A stretch of DNA of 64,000 nucleotides from an uncultured Pseudomonadota bacterium. Lineage in GTDB: Bacteria > Oederibacteriota > Muellerivitia > Muellerivitales > Muellerivitaceae. Of this stretch, positions 20,735 to 31,324 are shown piece by piece. The position numbers and the translations under genes are program-made. Where the stretch lies: positions 1,312,001-1,376,000 of the forward strand of contig CAWIIP010000002.1 in the NCBI GenBank assembly GCA_963836235.1, in the 5' to 3' direction. The number at the start of each line of letters is the position of its first letter. The first letter of the stretch is position 1. The notes under the pieces are model-generated. The model searched no databases, was not told the origin of the DNA, and saw only the letters and a program-made list of their open reading frames with translations.

Positions 20735-21616
20735 TCAAGTGGGATTGGACAACTGGTCGGCCAAATAGCTGGAGCGGGTCAAGGGGGAAGCTTGCACCGA
20801 AAGTCCTAGTTTCCGACCCGTCTCGGTCCAATGTTGATAACGTTCCAGGGGCACATACTCCATCACTTCCAAGGTGGAACCAGGGGGTTTCAAGTATTGG
20901 CCGATGGTGAAGACTCTCACTCCCGCCTGGACCGCCTCGGAAAGCACTTCAGAAACTTCCGATTCAGTTTCCCCGAAACCCACCATCAGGCCCGCCTTCA
21001 ACATCACCTTGGCGGGATCGGCGTTTTTCCGGAACCAACGGAAAAGATTCAGCGACCTTTCATATTCGGCGCCGGGCCTGATGGGACCGTAAAGCCGGGG
21101 AATCGTCTGCAGGTCATGGGCGAGAACGTCCGGCGGGTTTCGAAGGAGAACCTCGTAGGATTTTTCCTTGCCCTGGAAGTCGGGCACGAGGACTTCGATT
21201 TTTAGCGCTGGGTTGAAGTCTCGCAAGGCTTCCACGATCCTCACAAACTGGCCCGCTCCCCCATCCTCCAATTCGTCCCGGTTGGGCGAAGTCATGACCA
21301 GATACCGAACCTTCAGAGCCCTGGCGATCTCGACCACCTTTTGGGGTTCGCTGGGGTCAAGCGGCAGAGGCTTTCCCGTCGTCACCGCGCAAAAAGGGCA
21401 TCCCCTTGTGCAGATGGAGCCCATGACCATAATGGAAATCGTGCCATGGTGGGGCAGGCATTCCCCCCGGTTGGGGCACTTAGCTTCCTCGCAAATGGTA
21501 TGGATGCCGTTCATCGGAAGCTTAGCGATCGCCTCTCGGAAGACATGCTTTGGATGGGGGTTAATGAGGAAGGAAGGCGTCGGAAGATGGGGATGGTTTA
21601 AAGTGGAATGGGTCAT
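20735..21616 (-). CDS. lipA: Lipoyl synthase
   Basis: CEEAKCPNRGEC, radical-SAM CTRGCPFC, C-terminal RSSY. Confidence 0.93.
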   Translation of the reverse strand: MTHSTLNHPHLPTPSFLINPHPKHVFREAIAKLPMNGIHTICEEAKCPNRGECLPHHGTISIMVMGSICTRGCPFCAVTTGKPLPLDPSEPQKVVEIARALKVRYLVMTSPNRDELEDGGAGQFVRIVEALRDFNPALKIEVLVPDFQGKEKSYEVLLRNPPDVLAHDLQTIPRLYGPIRPGAEYERSLNLFRWFRKNADPAKVMLKAGLMVGFGETESEVSEVLSEAVQAGVRVFTIGQYLKPPGSTLEVMEYVPLERYQHWTETGRKLGLSVQASPLTRSSYLADQLSNPT

Positions 21617-21724
21617 AAGCGGGTACAGGATAATCTAAAAAGAGGGGTTTTATCCACTTTCCCAAAAAACAAAAAGCCAGCCAAAAGGCTGGCCCCAGAA
21701 TTTTTAATTAACCGTCAAACCCTT

Positions 21725-21958
21725 TTAAATTCCCTCTAACTTTTCCCTATGGCAAAAGGATCTCTCGCTTTCGGGAAGGTCTTCGGTCACCCTGATGGAG
21801 GTGTCCCACCGCCCGCAGTGAGGACAGATAGTCTCGAATTCCACATAAATGTTTCCCTGGCGGCGCCATCGCAATACATGGGCGTGTAAAAGCCTTACCT
21901 TCCCCTCGCAGTCACAGCAATAGATGCTTTGGGCGTATGTTCCGGCTCCAAGGGCCAT
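21725..21958 (-). CDS. Small putative zinc-ribbon protein
   Basis: CCDC and CPHC pairs, AAGGA RBS. Confidence 0.5.
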   Translation of the reverse strand: MALGAGTYAQSIYCCDCEGKVRLLHAHVLRWRRQGNIYVEFETICPHCGRWDTSIRVTEDLPESERSFCHREKLEGI

Positions 21959-22065
21959 GGGTTCATCCTTAGAAAAAATAGGAAGCCTTGGAAAGTAATT
22001 TTAAGGGAAAGAATGGATAATCTTTATGATCCAAATCAGACTGGGGAACTAAGAATTAAGGAATC

Positions 22066-22881
22066 TTAAAAATCCTCCGCGACGATCTTCACGCTAATGG
22101 TGGGTTCGGTTTTCTTGCGGGTGTAAACCACCTCTTCCATGTCTTCTAATACCGAGATAATGGCGCTCCCGGTGCCAATCAGGCTTAAATGGGCCGACTT
22201 GAGGGTGCCGGGATAACTATGAAGCCCCGCGAAGTGCTTGGGGGACTGGTGGATATAGGTGTAGCCCTGGGGATCATAGCGGCAGGCGGACTCAATAACC
22301 GGTTTCTGGTCGTCCTTATTGAGGGCCTTAGTGAGCATGAGTTCCAGGCTGTCTTCATCAAGTTTCCGGTCGGGAATATCGAAAAAAACCGCCGACACGC
22401 AATAATTGGAGTCGGGGGCGAAGCGCAGTTTGCTGGAAGCTTTCTTGACCGAGTGGAAAAGCTTATCCGGTTCTTCCTTCAAAGCCATTTCCTTGCCGAC
22501 GATTTCATTCAAGGTGACCGTCTTCGCGGGCTTCTTAATAAGCTTGTTGGTTTTCTCGAACATCAACCGCCCGTCTTTTTCCGGGCTGCAGGTATAAAGT
22601 TCGTCGATCAGGCGTTTGCTCTTTGGGTCGTAAATCAGAACCCGGTGGGATTCAGAAAGAATCCAGGAATATTTCAAAACTTCATCCGGCCCCACATTCC
22701 CAAGGCCTGGATAGGGCACGAAATCCAGAATGTTGAAATCATTGGCTAAAAGGCTGTCATTCCCCAAGTCCAGCAGGGCCAGACAGCGTTTCTTGGGCTC
22801 GGCCGGGAGTTCCACCTTCTCATAAATGGAGAAGATGCCGGTTCCTTTGGCGTATTTGGAGTCATCCAGCGGTTCGTTCAT
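22066..22881 (-). CDS. S-adenosylmethionine decarboxylase-like protein, tandem domains
   Basis: ILSESH cleavage motif and ELYTC in N-half; YDPQGYT..LHSYP in C-half. Confidence 0.55.
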   Translation of the reverse strand: MNEPLDDSKYAKGTGIFSIYEKVELPAEPKKRCLALLDLGNDSLLANDFNILDFVPYPGLGNVGPDEVLKYSWILSESHRVLIYDPKSKRLIDELYTCSPEKDGRLMFEKTNKLIKKPAKTVTLNEIVGKEMALKEEPDKLFHSVKKASSKLRFAPDSNYCVSAVFFDIPDRKLDEDSLELMLTKALNKDDQKPVIESACRYDPQGYTYIHQSPKHFAGLHSYPGTLKSAHLSLIGTGSAIISVLEDMEEVVYTRKKTEPTISVKIVAEDF

Positions 22882-23032
22882 TTTTTTCTTTATATTTTAT
22901 TTTGAAGCCCGTTCATTTTATGAAAAACTTAGGAAAATGGATGAAAAATATTGAGATGGGGACTATTTTTTACCTGCCGTTATTATCCGTTCAAGAGCAT
23001 CATCTTTCGTGGATCAGGGATAAGCGATTCAA

Positions 23033-24541
23033 ATGACCAGCGAACTAAAGGATAATCTTAAAGAAGTCTTGCCTCCCGCCTATTTTTCAAGCCGCTGGGT
23101 TTTTCTCAAGGTTTTAGCGCTTTGTTACTTGGCTGCTTTTGGGTCCCTTTGGATGCAGGTGGATGGTTTGATCGGGGAGAAAGGGATTCTTCCGGTCCGG
23201 ATTTTTCTCAGCCAGGCCCAGGTGGAATTGGGCTCCAAGGCCCTTTGGGAAATTCCCACCCTCTGCTGGCTCAACGACAGTAATGCCTTCCTCCATTTGC
23301 TTTGCGGCGCGGGAGTCGTTTTTTCAATTCTTCTTCTTTTGGATTTAGCGCCTCTCTTGTGCCTGGCACTGCTTTGGTTTCTTTACCTTTCGTTGGTCAT
23401 GGCAGGCCAGGAATTCCTGAGCTTTCAATGGGACAACCTGCTTTTAGAAGCGGGCTTTCTCGCTGTTTTCTTGGTTCCCCTCGCCTTAAGAGTGGGCCCA
23501 TCCGATAAAAACCCGCCGCTAAGGATGATTCTTTTTCTTTTCCAATGGCTCCTGTTTCGCCTAATGTTTTCCTCAGGCTTGGTCAAACTGACCAGCGGGG
23601 ATTCCGCCTGGCGGCACTTGACCGCCCTTCAATTCCACTATGAAACCCAGCCCCTCCCTACGCCCCTAGCCTGGTACTTCAACCGGTTTCCCGGATGGTT
23701 CCAGCAACTGTCCTGTCTTTACATGTTCGGAATCGAGTTGATCGTTCCCTTCTTCATCTTCGGCCCCCGGCGCTTTCGTCCATGGGCCTTTGGTCTTTTG
23801 GCCTCCCTCCAACTGTTGATCGCCATAACGGGAAACTATTGCTTCTTCAACCTATTGGCTTTGGGGCTATGCCTTTTCACCCTGGAAGACGAAGCCTATC
23901 CCCGGTGGTGGAAAAATCGGTGGTCGGCCCCGCGGGAAAAACCAAAAAGATTCTCGAGGACTTGGCCCCGCTGGATCACGGCGCCCCTGGCAACTTTGGT
24001 AATCTACCTTTCCCTTATCCAAATGCTCTATACCCTCGGTAGACGGTTCCAATTGCCTGATCTTTTAAGCCTGCCCGCGGAGTTGGCGGAACCCTTCCGG
24101 TCCGTCAATTCCTATGGGCTTTTCGCGGTCATGACGACAACCCGCCCCGAGATTTTGGTGGAAGGAAGTCGTGACGGAGTTCACTGGCTACCCTATGACT
24201 TTAAATGGAAAGCCGGGGACCTGGGCCGGGCCCCCTCTTACGTGGCACCTTACCAACCCCGCCTGGACTGGCAAATGTGGTTCGCCGCCCTGGGGGATTA
24301 CCGAAATAATCCCTGGTTCGTGAATTTCCTCATCCGGCTTCTCCAGGGTTCGCCGGACGTGGTGAATCTTTTAAGGGCGAATCCCTTTCCGAACAACCCT
24401 CCCCAATTCATCCGGGCGAAGCTGGAGCAATATCATTTCACGAATTTTTCGGAGAAAGCCCGGACGGGCCAATGGTGGAAGAAGGAAGAAAACGGCTTTT
24501 ATATCCCGGCTTTTTCCCTCAAGAATCTCCAAAACCATTAA
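23033..24541 (+). CDS. Lipase maturation factor family protein
   Basis: FQWDNLLLEAGF, HYETQPLP, NSYGLFAVMT, QPRLDWQMWFAAL. Confidence 0.92.
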   Translation: MTSELKDNLKEVLPPAYFSSRWVFLKVLALCYLAAFGSLWMQVDGLIGEKGILPVRIFLSQAQVELGSKALWEIPTLCWLNDSNAFLHLLCGAGVVFSILLLLDLAPLLCLALLWFLYLSLVMAGQEFLSFQWDNLLLEAGFLAVFLVPLALRVGPSDKNPPLRMILFLFQWLLFRLMFSSGLVKLTSGDSAWRHLTALQFHYETQPLPTPLAWYFNRFPGWFQQLSCLYMFGIELIVPFFIFGPRRFRPWAFGLLASLQLLIAITGNYCFFNLLALGLCLFTLEDEAYPRWWKNRWSAPREKPKRFSRTWPRWITAPLATLVIYLSLIQMLYTLGRRFQLPDLLSLPAELAEPFRSVNSYGLFAVMTTTRPEILVEGSRDGVHWLPYDFKWKAGDLGRAPSYVAPYQPRLDWQMWFAALGDYRNNPWFVNFLIRLLQGSPDVVNLLRANPFPNNPPQFIRAKLEQYHFTNFSEKARTGQWWKKEENGFYIPAFSLKNLQNH

Positions 24542-24567
24542 AAGATATGAAGGTTTTCTTCTTAACT

Positions 24568-25509
24568 TTATTTCGTCAAATAAAGATTGAAATCATAGGT
24601 GCAGGGAAGGTAACCCGGAAACCGCAATAAATTTTCTTCGCCGTGTTTCCAAAGGTAATAAAGCTTGGGATAGGAGCGGCCCTCCGTCACGGCCTTCTCC
24701 ACGCTGCTCTCACCGGACTCCCGCCCCTGATAGGCCCGCTCCCAATCCCGCTTACGGGGCCAATATCCCAAAACACGCAGGGCCCGCTTGAGACCGCAAC
24801 TGTAGAATTTCTCGATTCGAAGTCCGGCTTTTTGGGCCAAGAGGGTCAGCGACGGGGGGCTGAAAAAATAAAGGTGCCCATCCATGCTCGTCGCCCGGGC
24901 GCCCAATCGGAGGTGGTAATCCTTGTAACCGAAACGGTCCACCCCGCCGTTGGGAACGGCCAAATAGAGACGCCCCCCCGGTTTCAGGATGCGGCCTACC
25001 TCGGCCATGACCAACGCGGGATCGGGAACATGTTCCAAAACATTATTGAGGTGGATGAAATCAAAAAAATTCTTTGGGTAATGGGCTTTCTCCAAGGGAA
25101 CGTCCTTGACTCGCAATCCCATTTTTTCACGGGCATAGGACGCCGCCGCTTTCCCCATTTCCTGGCCATAGACTTCCCAGGCGCAATTTTGGCGGATCCC
25201 GCTCAGGAAAAAACCCGTCGCGCATCCGATATCCAGGAAGCGGCCTTTTTCGGCGATGCGCCTCAAGTGGCGGGCATAGTAATAGCCTTTCCCCTCCTCG
25301 ACCGCCCGGTTGAAATTGTAGTATCCCTGGTTATAGAAAGCGTTGATTTCCCTGCCCTTGGGCAATGGCGAAAGCACCGACAGGCGGCAGTGACCGCATT
25401 CCCTGATCCAACGTTCGTCGCCCTTCAGAAAAGAGGCGGGACAATAGTCCGTGAACCCGTCCTTTCCGCCGCAAGCGGGACAGGGAATCATCCGGCTTTT
25501 TCCTGGCAT
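24568..25509 (-). CDS. Class I SAM-dependent methyltransferase with N-terminal Zn site
   Basis: CPAC..CGHC, LDIGCATG, VLEHVPDP. Confidence 0.88.
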   Translation of the reverse strand: MPGKSRMIPCPACGGKDGFTDYCPASFLKGDERWIRECGHCRLSVLSPLPKGREINAFYNQGYYNFNRAVEEGKGYYYARHLRRIAEKGRFLDIGCATGFFLSGIRQNCAWEVYGQEMGKAAASYAREKMGLRVKDVPLEKAHYPKNFFDFIHLNNVLEHVPDPALVMAEVGRILKPGGRLYLAVPNGGVDRFGYKDYHLRLGARATSMDGHLYFFSPPSLTLLAQKAGLRIEKFYSCGLKRALRVLGYWPRKRDWERAYQGRESGESSVEKAVTEGRSYPKLYYLWKHGEENLLRFPGYLPCTYDFNLYLTK

Positions 25510-25620
25510 GGCTTTCCTTCCCAAGAGGGTTTTAATCTGTTCCTCGCCTTATTATTGCAGATCCTAAAAGAAACACTGGTTTGAGCCCTACTTCCTTTTT
25601 CCGGAACGGCCGGCTACGGG

Positions 25621-26622
25621 TCACAAGTTATAGGTGAGTCCGATGGAATAACCCGAAAAATTCACGGTGGTGGGCACCGCAAAATTGACCGTCTCTTTGA
25701 GAATGGGGCTGTAATTGATCCCCGCGGGGAAATATTCCCGCCCTTCCTGGATCGACAAGGCCAGAACGAAATCCGTCAAAAAAGTCAAGTCGCAAGCCAG
25801 GGTGACCGAAGGAATCCGCTCCGTTTCATTTAAATCGTGTTGGGCGGTGTGCAGGATATTTTGCCACTGGTAAGTCCTGGAATAACTCTCTTCCCCGGTC
25901 AGGGAGAATTCCAGGAAATCCCAAGGCGTGACCGTGGCCACCAACCCCGCGATCCAGTCGACACTGTCGATCTCATTGATCTTGTCCGAGGTGCCTCTCA
26001 AAACTTCGGAAAGGGGGCCCTGGTGGCTTTCCGGGTTTCCCTCCAACATCGGCCCCACTTCCAACGCTTTAAGCAGTTCAAAATTCAAGCTCAAGGTGGC
26101 GTCATAAGAATTTAAGGCCTGGGCCCCCTGTTGGAAGGCCAAGACTAAGGAGGGTTTGAAAACCCCCAAACCCAGGCCGCCTTCCCCCGAAAAAGTCCCA
26201 TAACTGGTGGGTGATCCTTCCAGCATTTCCTGGCCCCCGCCCGATACGACGGAAAAGTAATGGCCGCTTTCGCTGAAGTTGTAGGTCCCGGTCAAAGAGA
26301 TTTCCTGGTTGATTTCCGCCTGTCCCAGGGAGGACTGGCTGGAAAAGGTATATCCCACTTGGCCCGTCCAATTGGGCTTGAAGGGTTCATTTTTGTTGTC
26401 TTCCTGGTCTTCGTCTTTTTCACCGGAGGCGCTTTCGGTTACAGATTCGGAATCACTTTCGGAATTTTGCAAATCCGCCAATTGGACTTCCAACGGAGCT
26501 GTGAAACCCGTAGGTATGGGGGAGGTGCCGTTAATGCCCACCGAAGGGCTCGCGGCTATTAACTGGGAAGCAACGGTCCCCCAAAGTACCAGCGCGAGAA
26601 GGCGGGATGGCTTTTGATTCAT
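25621..26622 (-). CDS. Putative outer-membrane beta-barrel protein
   Basis: Signal peptide from Met 26622, amphipathic strands, C-terminal GLTYNL. Confidence 0.55.
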   Translation of the reverse strand: MNQKPSRLLALVLWGTVASQLIAASPSVGINGTSPIPTGFTAPLEVQLADLQNSESDSESVTESASGEKDEDQEDNKNEPFKPNWTGQVGYTFSSQSSLGQAEINQEISLTGTYNFSESGHYFSVVSGGGQEMLEGSPTSYGTFSGEGGLGLGVFKPSLVLAFQQGAQALNSYDATLSLNFELLKALEVGPMLEGNPESHQGPLSEVLRGTSDKINEIDSVDWIAGLVATVTPWDFLEFSLTGEESYSRTYQWQNILHTAQHDLNETERIPSVTLACDLTFLTDFVLALSIQEGREYFPAGINYSPILKETVNFAVPTTVNFSGYSIGLTYNL

Positions 26623-26695
26623 TTTGAAATTCCTGAAGATTTTTTCCACCGGGTCTTTAACCCACCAGTTCTTTTCCCTTGAATCGGTTCCATTT

Positions 26696-28153
26696 TCATA
26701 AGTAAAACGTCCCCTGAATTTCCGCGTCCAATGAAAGGCTTTTATAAATCGATCCATCCAACCCCGTCTCCGGGCCCAGGATGAATTTGCCGTCGAGCTT
26801 CATTCCCTTGTCTTCGTACCCCAGGCCCGTTGTTAATAAAGTCTGGAGGACATCCAGATTGACGCTTTGGCTATAGATATCCTCTTCTATCACCATTCCC
26901 CCCCGGAGGGCGACATGGGATGAAAGCCACTTTTCCCCGCCCAAAGCCAGTTGATAAAGGACATAGTCCGTAGCCGTCAAATTGTTGGTAGAAATAACCT
27001 GGTCGTCGTGAACGTAACCTTGGGTAATGAATTGAAGTCCCCAGCTGTAGTCACCGGGGGATTCCAGGCCGACACCCAGGGCACCGTTGAATTGCTGGCG
27101 GTTTTGATTGCTCGTGACGTTCTCGCCCGTTCCGAGAAAATCGGAATTGGTTAGGATGGCTTGGAAGCTGCCGGTGAGTTTGAGGTTTTCCTTATCGGAC
27201 AGGGGAAGGGTGAGGCGAAAAGTCCCAAAATTATTCATGGATTGGAACTGAAGATTGACATAGGTGGAACTGTTCAAAAAACCGGCGGAGGTCGGGTTAA
27301 CGCTTTGGCTGAAAGTGTTGTAATTATTGGTGACGAAAGAATAAAACTTCAACAGGAGCCGGCCGGGGATGTCGTAATAGACCTCCGGGCCAAAATAATA
27401 ATATTGGGTCAAGGAAGAAGTCTGCTGGAGATTGACGACCGGGGAGCCCAGGTAAAAACGGTCCAAATCGGAGTCGGTGTTGTCGGCCCCTATCGATGTC
27501 TCAAAAACCCCGCCCACTTCCCAACGGGGGCTGTCCCGATCCTCGTTTTCCGGGAAGATGGAAATCACCCCGGCCCGAACGCGGGTGAAGTTATTACTGT
27601 TGGAACCCTCGGACTGGCCTATGTATGGGGTGAAAAGGCCCGGATCGATGGTATCGTCCGATTCCGTGTTGCTCACTTCCAAGCCGAAGGCGAAAGGCCC
27701 GCTGTTATAGGCGGCCCGTAGGAGCGACCGGTATTGATGGGTGCTATAGGTATCGGCCAGATAATTACCCTCCACCTGGCCCTGGGGATAGAGGAAATCC
27801 CCCGCTACCTGGAAGGCCCAATGGGGATCGGGAAAAACCATGAGCCCCTCGTATTTAATGACTCCATCATTGTTCAAGCGGGGGATGGTGCTGAAGCTTT
27901 GTTGAAGGGCGCCCGGGGCGGCGGGCTGGGAATTCAAGTAAGTCCATTGTCCCGCCAGGTCGAAACGGTCATGGGTGGCCAAAAGAACCAATCCGGCGGG
28001 GTTTCCGTCCAGGAAAAGATCCCCGTTATTAGTTTCGTCGTCGATCACGGTCGTAAGCCCACCCGCCGAATCCACCCTGCTTTCCGAAGCGAAGAGCGGA
28101 CCGAAACCGGCCACCATAAAGAGGACTAGCGATATCCAAGTTTTTGTTTTCAT
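26696..28153 (-). CDS. Putative outer-membrane beta-barrel protein
   Basis: Signal peptide, NPAGL motif as in FadL-like barrels, aromatic C-terminus. Confidence 0.6.
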   Translation of the reverse strand: MKTKTWISLVLFMVAGFGPLFASESRVDSAGGLTTVIDDETNNGDLFLDGNPAGLVLLATHDRFDLAGQWTYLNSQPAAPGALQQSFSTIPRLNNDGVIKYEGLMVFPDPHWAFQVAGDFLYPQGQVEGNYLADTYSTHQYRSLLRAAYNSGPFAFGLEVSNTESDDTIDPGLFTPYIGQSEGSNSNNFTRVRAGVISIFPENEDRDSPRWEVGGVFETSIGADNTDSDLDRFYLGSPVVNLQQTSSLTQYYYFGPEVYYDIPGRLLLKFYSFVTNNYNTFSQSVNPTSAGFLNSSTYVNLQFQSMNNFGTFRLTLPLSDKENLKLTGSFQAILTNSDFLGTGENVTSNQNRQQFNGALGVGLESPGDYSWGLQFITQGYVHDDQVISTNNLTATDYVLYQLALGGEKWLSSHVALRGGMVIEEDIYSQSVNLDVLQTLLTTGLGYEDKGMKLDGKFILGPETGLDGSIYKSLSLDAEIQGTFYL

Positions 28154-28291
28154 TCCCAATTTCCGGCCGAATTTAAACGAGGCAAGGATAACATGCCGGG
28201 CGGGTCCCTTTAATCGCAAATTCCGCCAGTAACCATTCTATTTTCCGGGAACAAATGGAATAAACACATGGTCGGTTGAAAGACTTCCGTT

Positions 28292-29710
28292 TTACCAATT
28301 CACATCCACCGCCGCGTCCCCGTCCAGGGCAACACGGCCCTCCAGACCATAGTCACTGACGAAAGCTTCTTCCATTTTTAACGAGGTGATGGTGGTGTGA
28401 AGTTTAGCGAATCTTCCCAAGGGCCTGTTCAGGACGGGGATTAGTTTGGCCCTTAAATCCTCCAGGCTCTTACCCACCGGTATGACGGCTTGTTTTCGCA
28501 ATTGCTCCCGGATGCCGGAACCAGCGATGAAATCGGCCATTTGAACGAGGAAGTCGCTGGTCTTGATGTCGAAATCCAAATCCGGAAAATCGATGACCTG
28601 TTCTTTCTCGTGGTAGGTGGGAGTGCCCAAAAGGTAGATGGTCAACTTGGCGGGTTGGGATGAAAGATTGAGCACCGGCTGGTAATTCACTTGCGCCTCC
28701 ACCACTAACTTTCCCCCCGAACCATAGACCCGGATGCCGGTGATCTCGAGATGATGGTCGCCGCTTCCCGGAAGGGCCTTGTTCAGGATTCCGGTTTTGG
28801 GATCGATAAGGAGCTTGTTGACCTCGTTGAAATGAATCTTCAAGTTGGTTTCAATATGGAAGCCCTCCGGGCCGGGCTGATAATCCTTGATAGGCGGTAG
28901 TTCGGATACTACCGGACGTGGCTTTTCCCCAATGTAAACGTTGGGCTGGGCGATCACCTCGAAAACCGTCTCCAACCGTGGCGAAAGGGGGTCAGGAATC
29001 AAATGGTAGGAACCCACACTCACCCGATCCGTCTTTATTTGGAGCCAAGTATCTTCAGCCATTTGGATGGGTTCCTGGATTTTTTCCCACATTTGTTTGG
29101 CTTTTTCCTTGAGGTCAGTGGCTTTTTTCAACGCCTCGTGGAATTTGGACGTCCCCTTGCGAAGAAGCTTGGTTCCTTTGGATTTATCCGTTTCTTCTTC
29201 CGGGGTGGCGGCTGTTTCAGTATCCGCTTTAGCCTCGGGTTCGGCAAAGTCGGGGGCCTCCAGGTGCCAGTCTTTGTTCCATTGAAGGACTGAGGCCAAA
29301 TCCACTTGGGCGTCTTTTTCGATTTTTTGGATGAGTGAGGCGTCCTTATCCGTGGGTTGGGAGCCGGTGGAATTTTTATAGTGGAGATGCATATGGGCGG
29401 TCAGGCTGTTGCCGTTGAATTCCCAACTCAGCGGGTCCCACCAAACAGTGGCGCCGAGGCTTTTCGTCAGGGATTTTTCCGCTTTGGCGAAGTCCGCCTT
29501 CACGAATTCGGCCAGGTGCTTTTCCACGGATGAAAGCTTGGGCAGGGAAACCACCACGGGAATGCGAAGCCGGGCGGGCGGAGGAGAGTTGAGGGTATGA
29601 AGAGGCGCGGGCCTCACCGGAACCATGAGCGACGATGTCGTGGCGCAGCCGGAGGCCAGGAAAGCCAGGGGAATAAGGAGAAAACCGACGAATCTCTTTC
29701 GCTTGTTCAT
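28292..29710 (-). CDS. DUF4403-like lipoprotein
   Basis: Lipobox ASGC, WEKIQEPI..WLQI, IYLLGTP..DLDFDIKT. Confidence 0.65.
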   Translation of the reverse strand: MNKRKRFVGFLLIPLAFLASGCATTSSLMVPVRPAPLHTLNSPPPARLRIPVVVSLPKLSSVEKHLAEFVKADFAKAEKSLTKSLGATVWWDPLSWEFNGNSLTAHMHLHYKNSTGSQPTDKDASLIQKIEKDAQVDLASVLQWNKDWHLEAPDFAEPEAKADTETAATPEEETDKSKGTKLLRKGTSKFHEALKKATDLKEKAKQMWEKIQEPIQMAEDTWLQIKTDRVSVGSYHLIPDPLSPRLETVFEVIAQPNVYIGEKPRPVVSELPPIKDYQPGPEGFHIETNLKIHFNEVNKLLIDPKTGILNKALPGSGDHHLEITGIRVYGSGGKLVVEAQVNYQPVLNLSSQPAKLTIYLLGTPTYHEKEQVIDFPDLDFDIKTSDFLVQMADFIAGSGIREQLRKQAVIPVGKSLEDLRAKLIPVLNRPLGRFAKLHTTITSLKMEEAFVSDYGLEGRVALDGDAAVDVNW

Positions 29711-29749
29711 GGACCCATCTTACTTTTGAAAGGAACTTATTTTCAAAAT

Positions 29750-30535
29750 CTATTTCTGAAGTTTTGATAATAATTGAAGGTCTAAGGGATCAAGTTTGAA
29801 ATCAAAAATCCCGATATTTTCCTTCAAATGTTTCACTCCCGACGCCTTGGGGATAGCCGCCACCCCTTTTTGCTGGACCAGCCATCGAAGGGCAACCTGG
29901 GCCGGGGTTTTCCCATATTTTTGAGAAACCTCCAATAGTTCCGGGCGGTTCAGGAAGACACCTTTCCCCAAGGGGGTATAGGCGCAAACGGAAACGCCTT
30001 GGGACCGGGCATAAGCCAGGAAGTCTTTCTTATTTTCCATGATGCTATAGGGAACTTGGTCACAGGCGATGGGAACCGTCGCCAGGGAAACCGCCTCTTT
30101 CAAAAGGGCCGCGGAAAAGTTACTGACGCCGATCGACAGGGTTTTTCCTTCCTGGGCCAATTGGCAGAGGACCTTCAAGGTTTCTTCCAGCGGCACGGCG
30201 GGGTTCGGCCAATGGATCAGCAGAAGGTCGACGGCGGAAAGCCCCAGGCGGCCCAGGGAAGCCTCCGCCGCCTTTTTAAAATCGGCGGCGCGGTGATGGT
30301 TGGTCCAAACCTTCGTGGTAATGAAAAGTTCCCTTCGGGGAACACCCGAAGCTTTGAGGGCCCCGCCGATTTCCGCCTCGTTTCCATACATCTCGGCGGT
30401 ATCGATGTGGCGGTAGCCCAAGTGAAGCGCTTCCTGGACGGCGGAGACGCAATCACTTCCCCGCAGGTCCCAGGTACCCAGGCCCAGTGCCGGCATCGTA
30501 CGGCCATTGGGAAGTTGGATTTGGATCATTTTCAT
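29750..30535 (-). CDS. Aldo/keto reductase
   Basis: LGLGTW, GYRHIDTAEMYGNE, LLIHWP, IGVSNF, IPK. Confidence 0.95.
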   Translation of the reverse strand: MKMIQIQLPNGRTMPALGLGTWDLRGSDCVSAVQEALHLGYRHIDTAEMYGNEAEIGGALKASGVPRRELFITTKVWTNHHRAADFKKAAEASLGRLGLSAVDLLLIHWPNPAVPLEETLKVLCQLAQEGKTLSIGVSNFSAALLKEAVSLATVPIACDQVPYSIMENKKDFLAYARSQGVSVCAYTPLGKGVFLNRPELLEVSQKYGKTPAQVALRWLVQQKGVAAIPKASGVKHLKENIGIFDFKLDPLDLQLLSKLQK

Positions 30536-30751
30536 TTCCCCAGTTCCTTGAATTTAATGTAAGGGAGACAGGGATATTAACTTGGGGTCGGATGAAAATG
30601 CACCTCCCCAATAGGAGAGGCGCCCACTTTCCCGTGAAAGTCTTGGTTATTTCCTGGGAAAAACGCGACAAGGATAAAACTTTCGCTTTCATTGATTTGT
30701 CTTAAAATATCGTCGGCTGGAATCTTTGAAATTCGCTATGGGGGTCAGAAT

Positions 30752-31315
30752 ATGAAACGTCTTCTTCTTTTGTTGGGTCTCTTGTCTTTATTCAGCGCGG
30801 GTTGCGCGGGCTTAAGCCGCCAGTTGGAATTCACCGATACTTCCAGCCATGCCCTGGTATTCGGCTAACTGGATACCGAAAAATCCCCCTGTAATTTGAA
30901 CTATATCGAGTACAAGCAATTATCCCCCGCCATCGAAAAACCCTTTTATTACATGCGTATCGACGGCAAGGCCTTTTACCGGGAGGATTTTGTGACGCCC
31001 GGTTCTTTCCAATTGAATGAATACGGGGGAAGCCCCCGGTCCCTTTTCACCAACGTCTCCCAATATGACATGAAATTTCCTGATCAGGGCTACACCTTCA
31101 CCCTCAACCAAGCCGGGCGGATTTATTATATCGGTTCCTATAAGGTCATCCAAAAGGGGGATTTCTTCGCTTCAGACAGCTACCTGGAAAGATTGGATCA
31201 TCCCAACCAGTTGGAAGTACTGCAGATGATTCTTCCGGACGCTAAAGGGTCGCCATGGGAGCCGATTATTGAAAACGCGATTCGGATCCTTAGTACACGT
31301 CCTTCCGCTCCCTAA
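30752..31315 (+). pseudogene. Lipoprotein gene interrupted by in-frame TAA
   Basis: ATG 30752 MKRLLLLLG..SAGC lipobox; TAA at 30866-30868 (LVFG*LD); same frame resumes as ORF 30896-31315. Confidence 0.75.
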
Positions 31316-31324
31316 ACGCCCATA

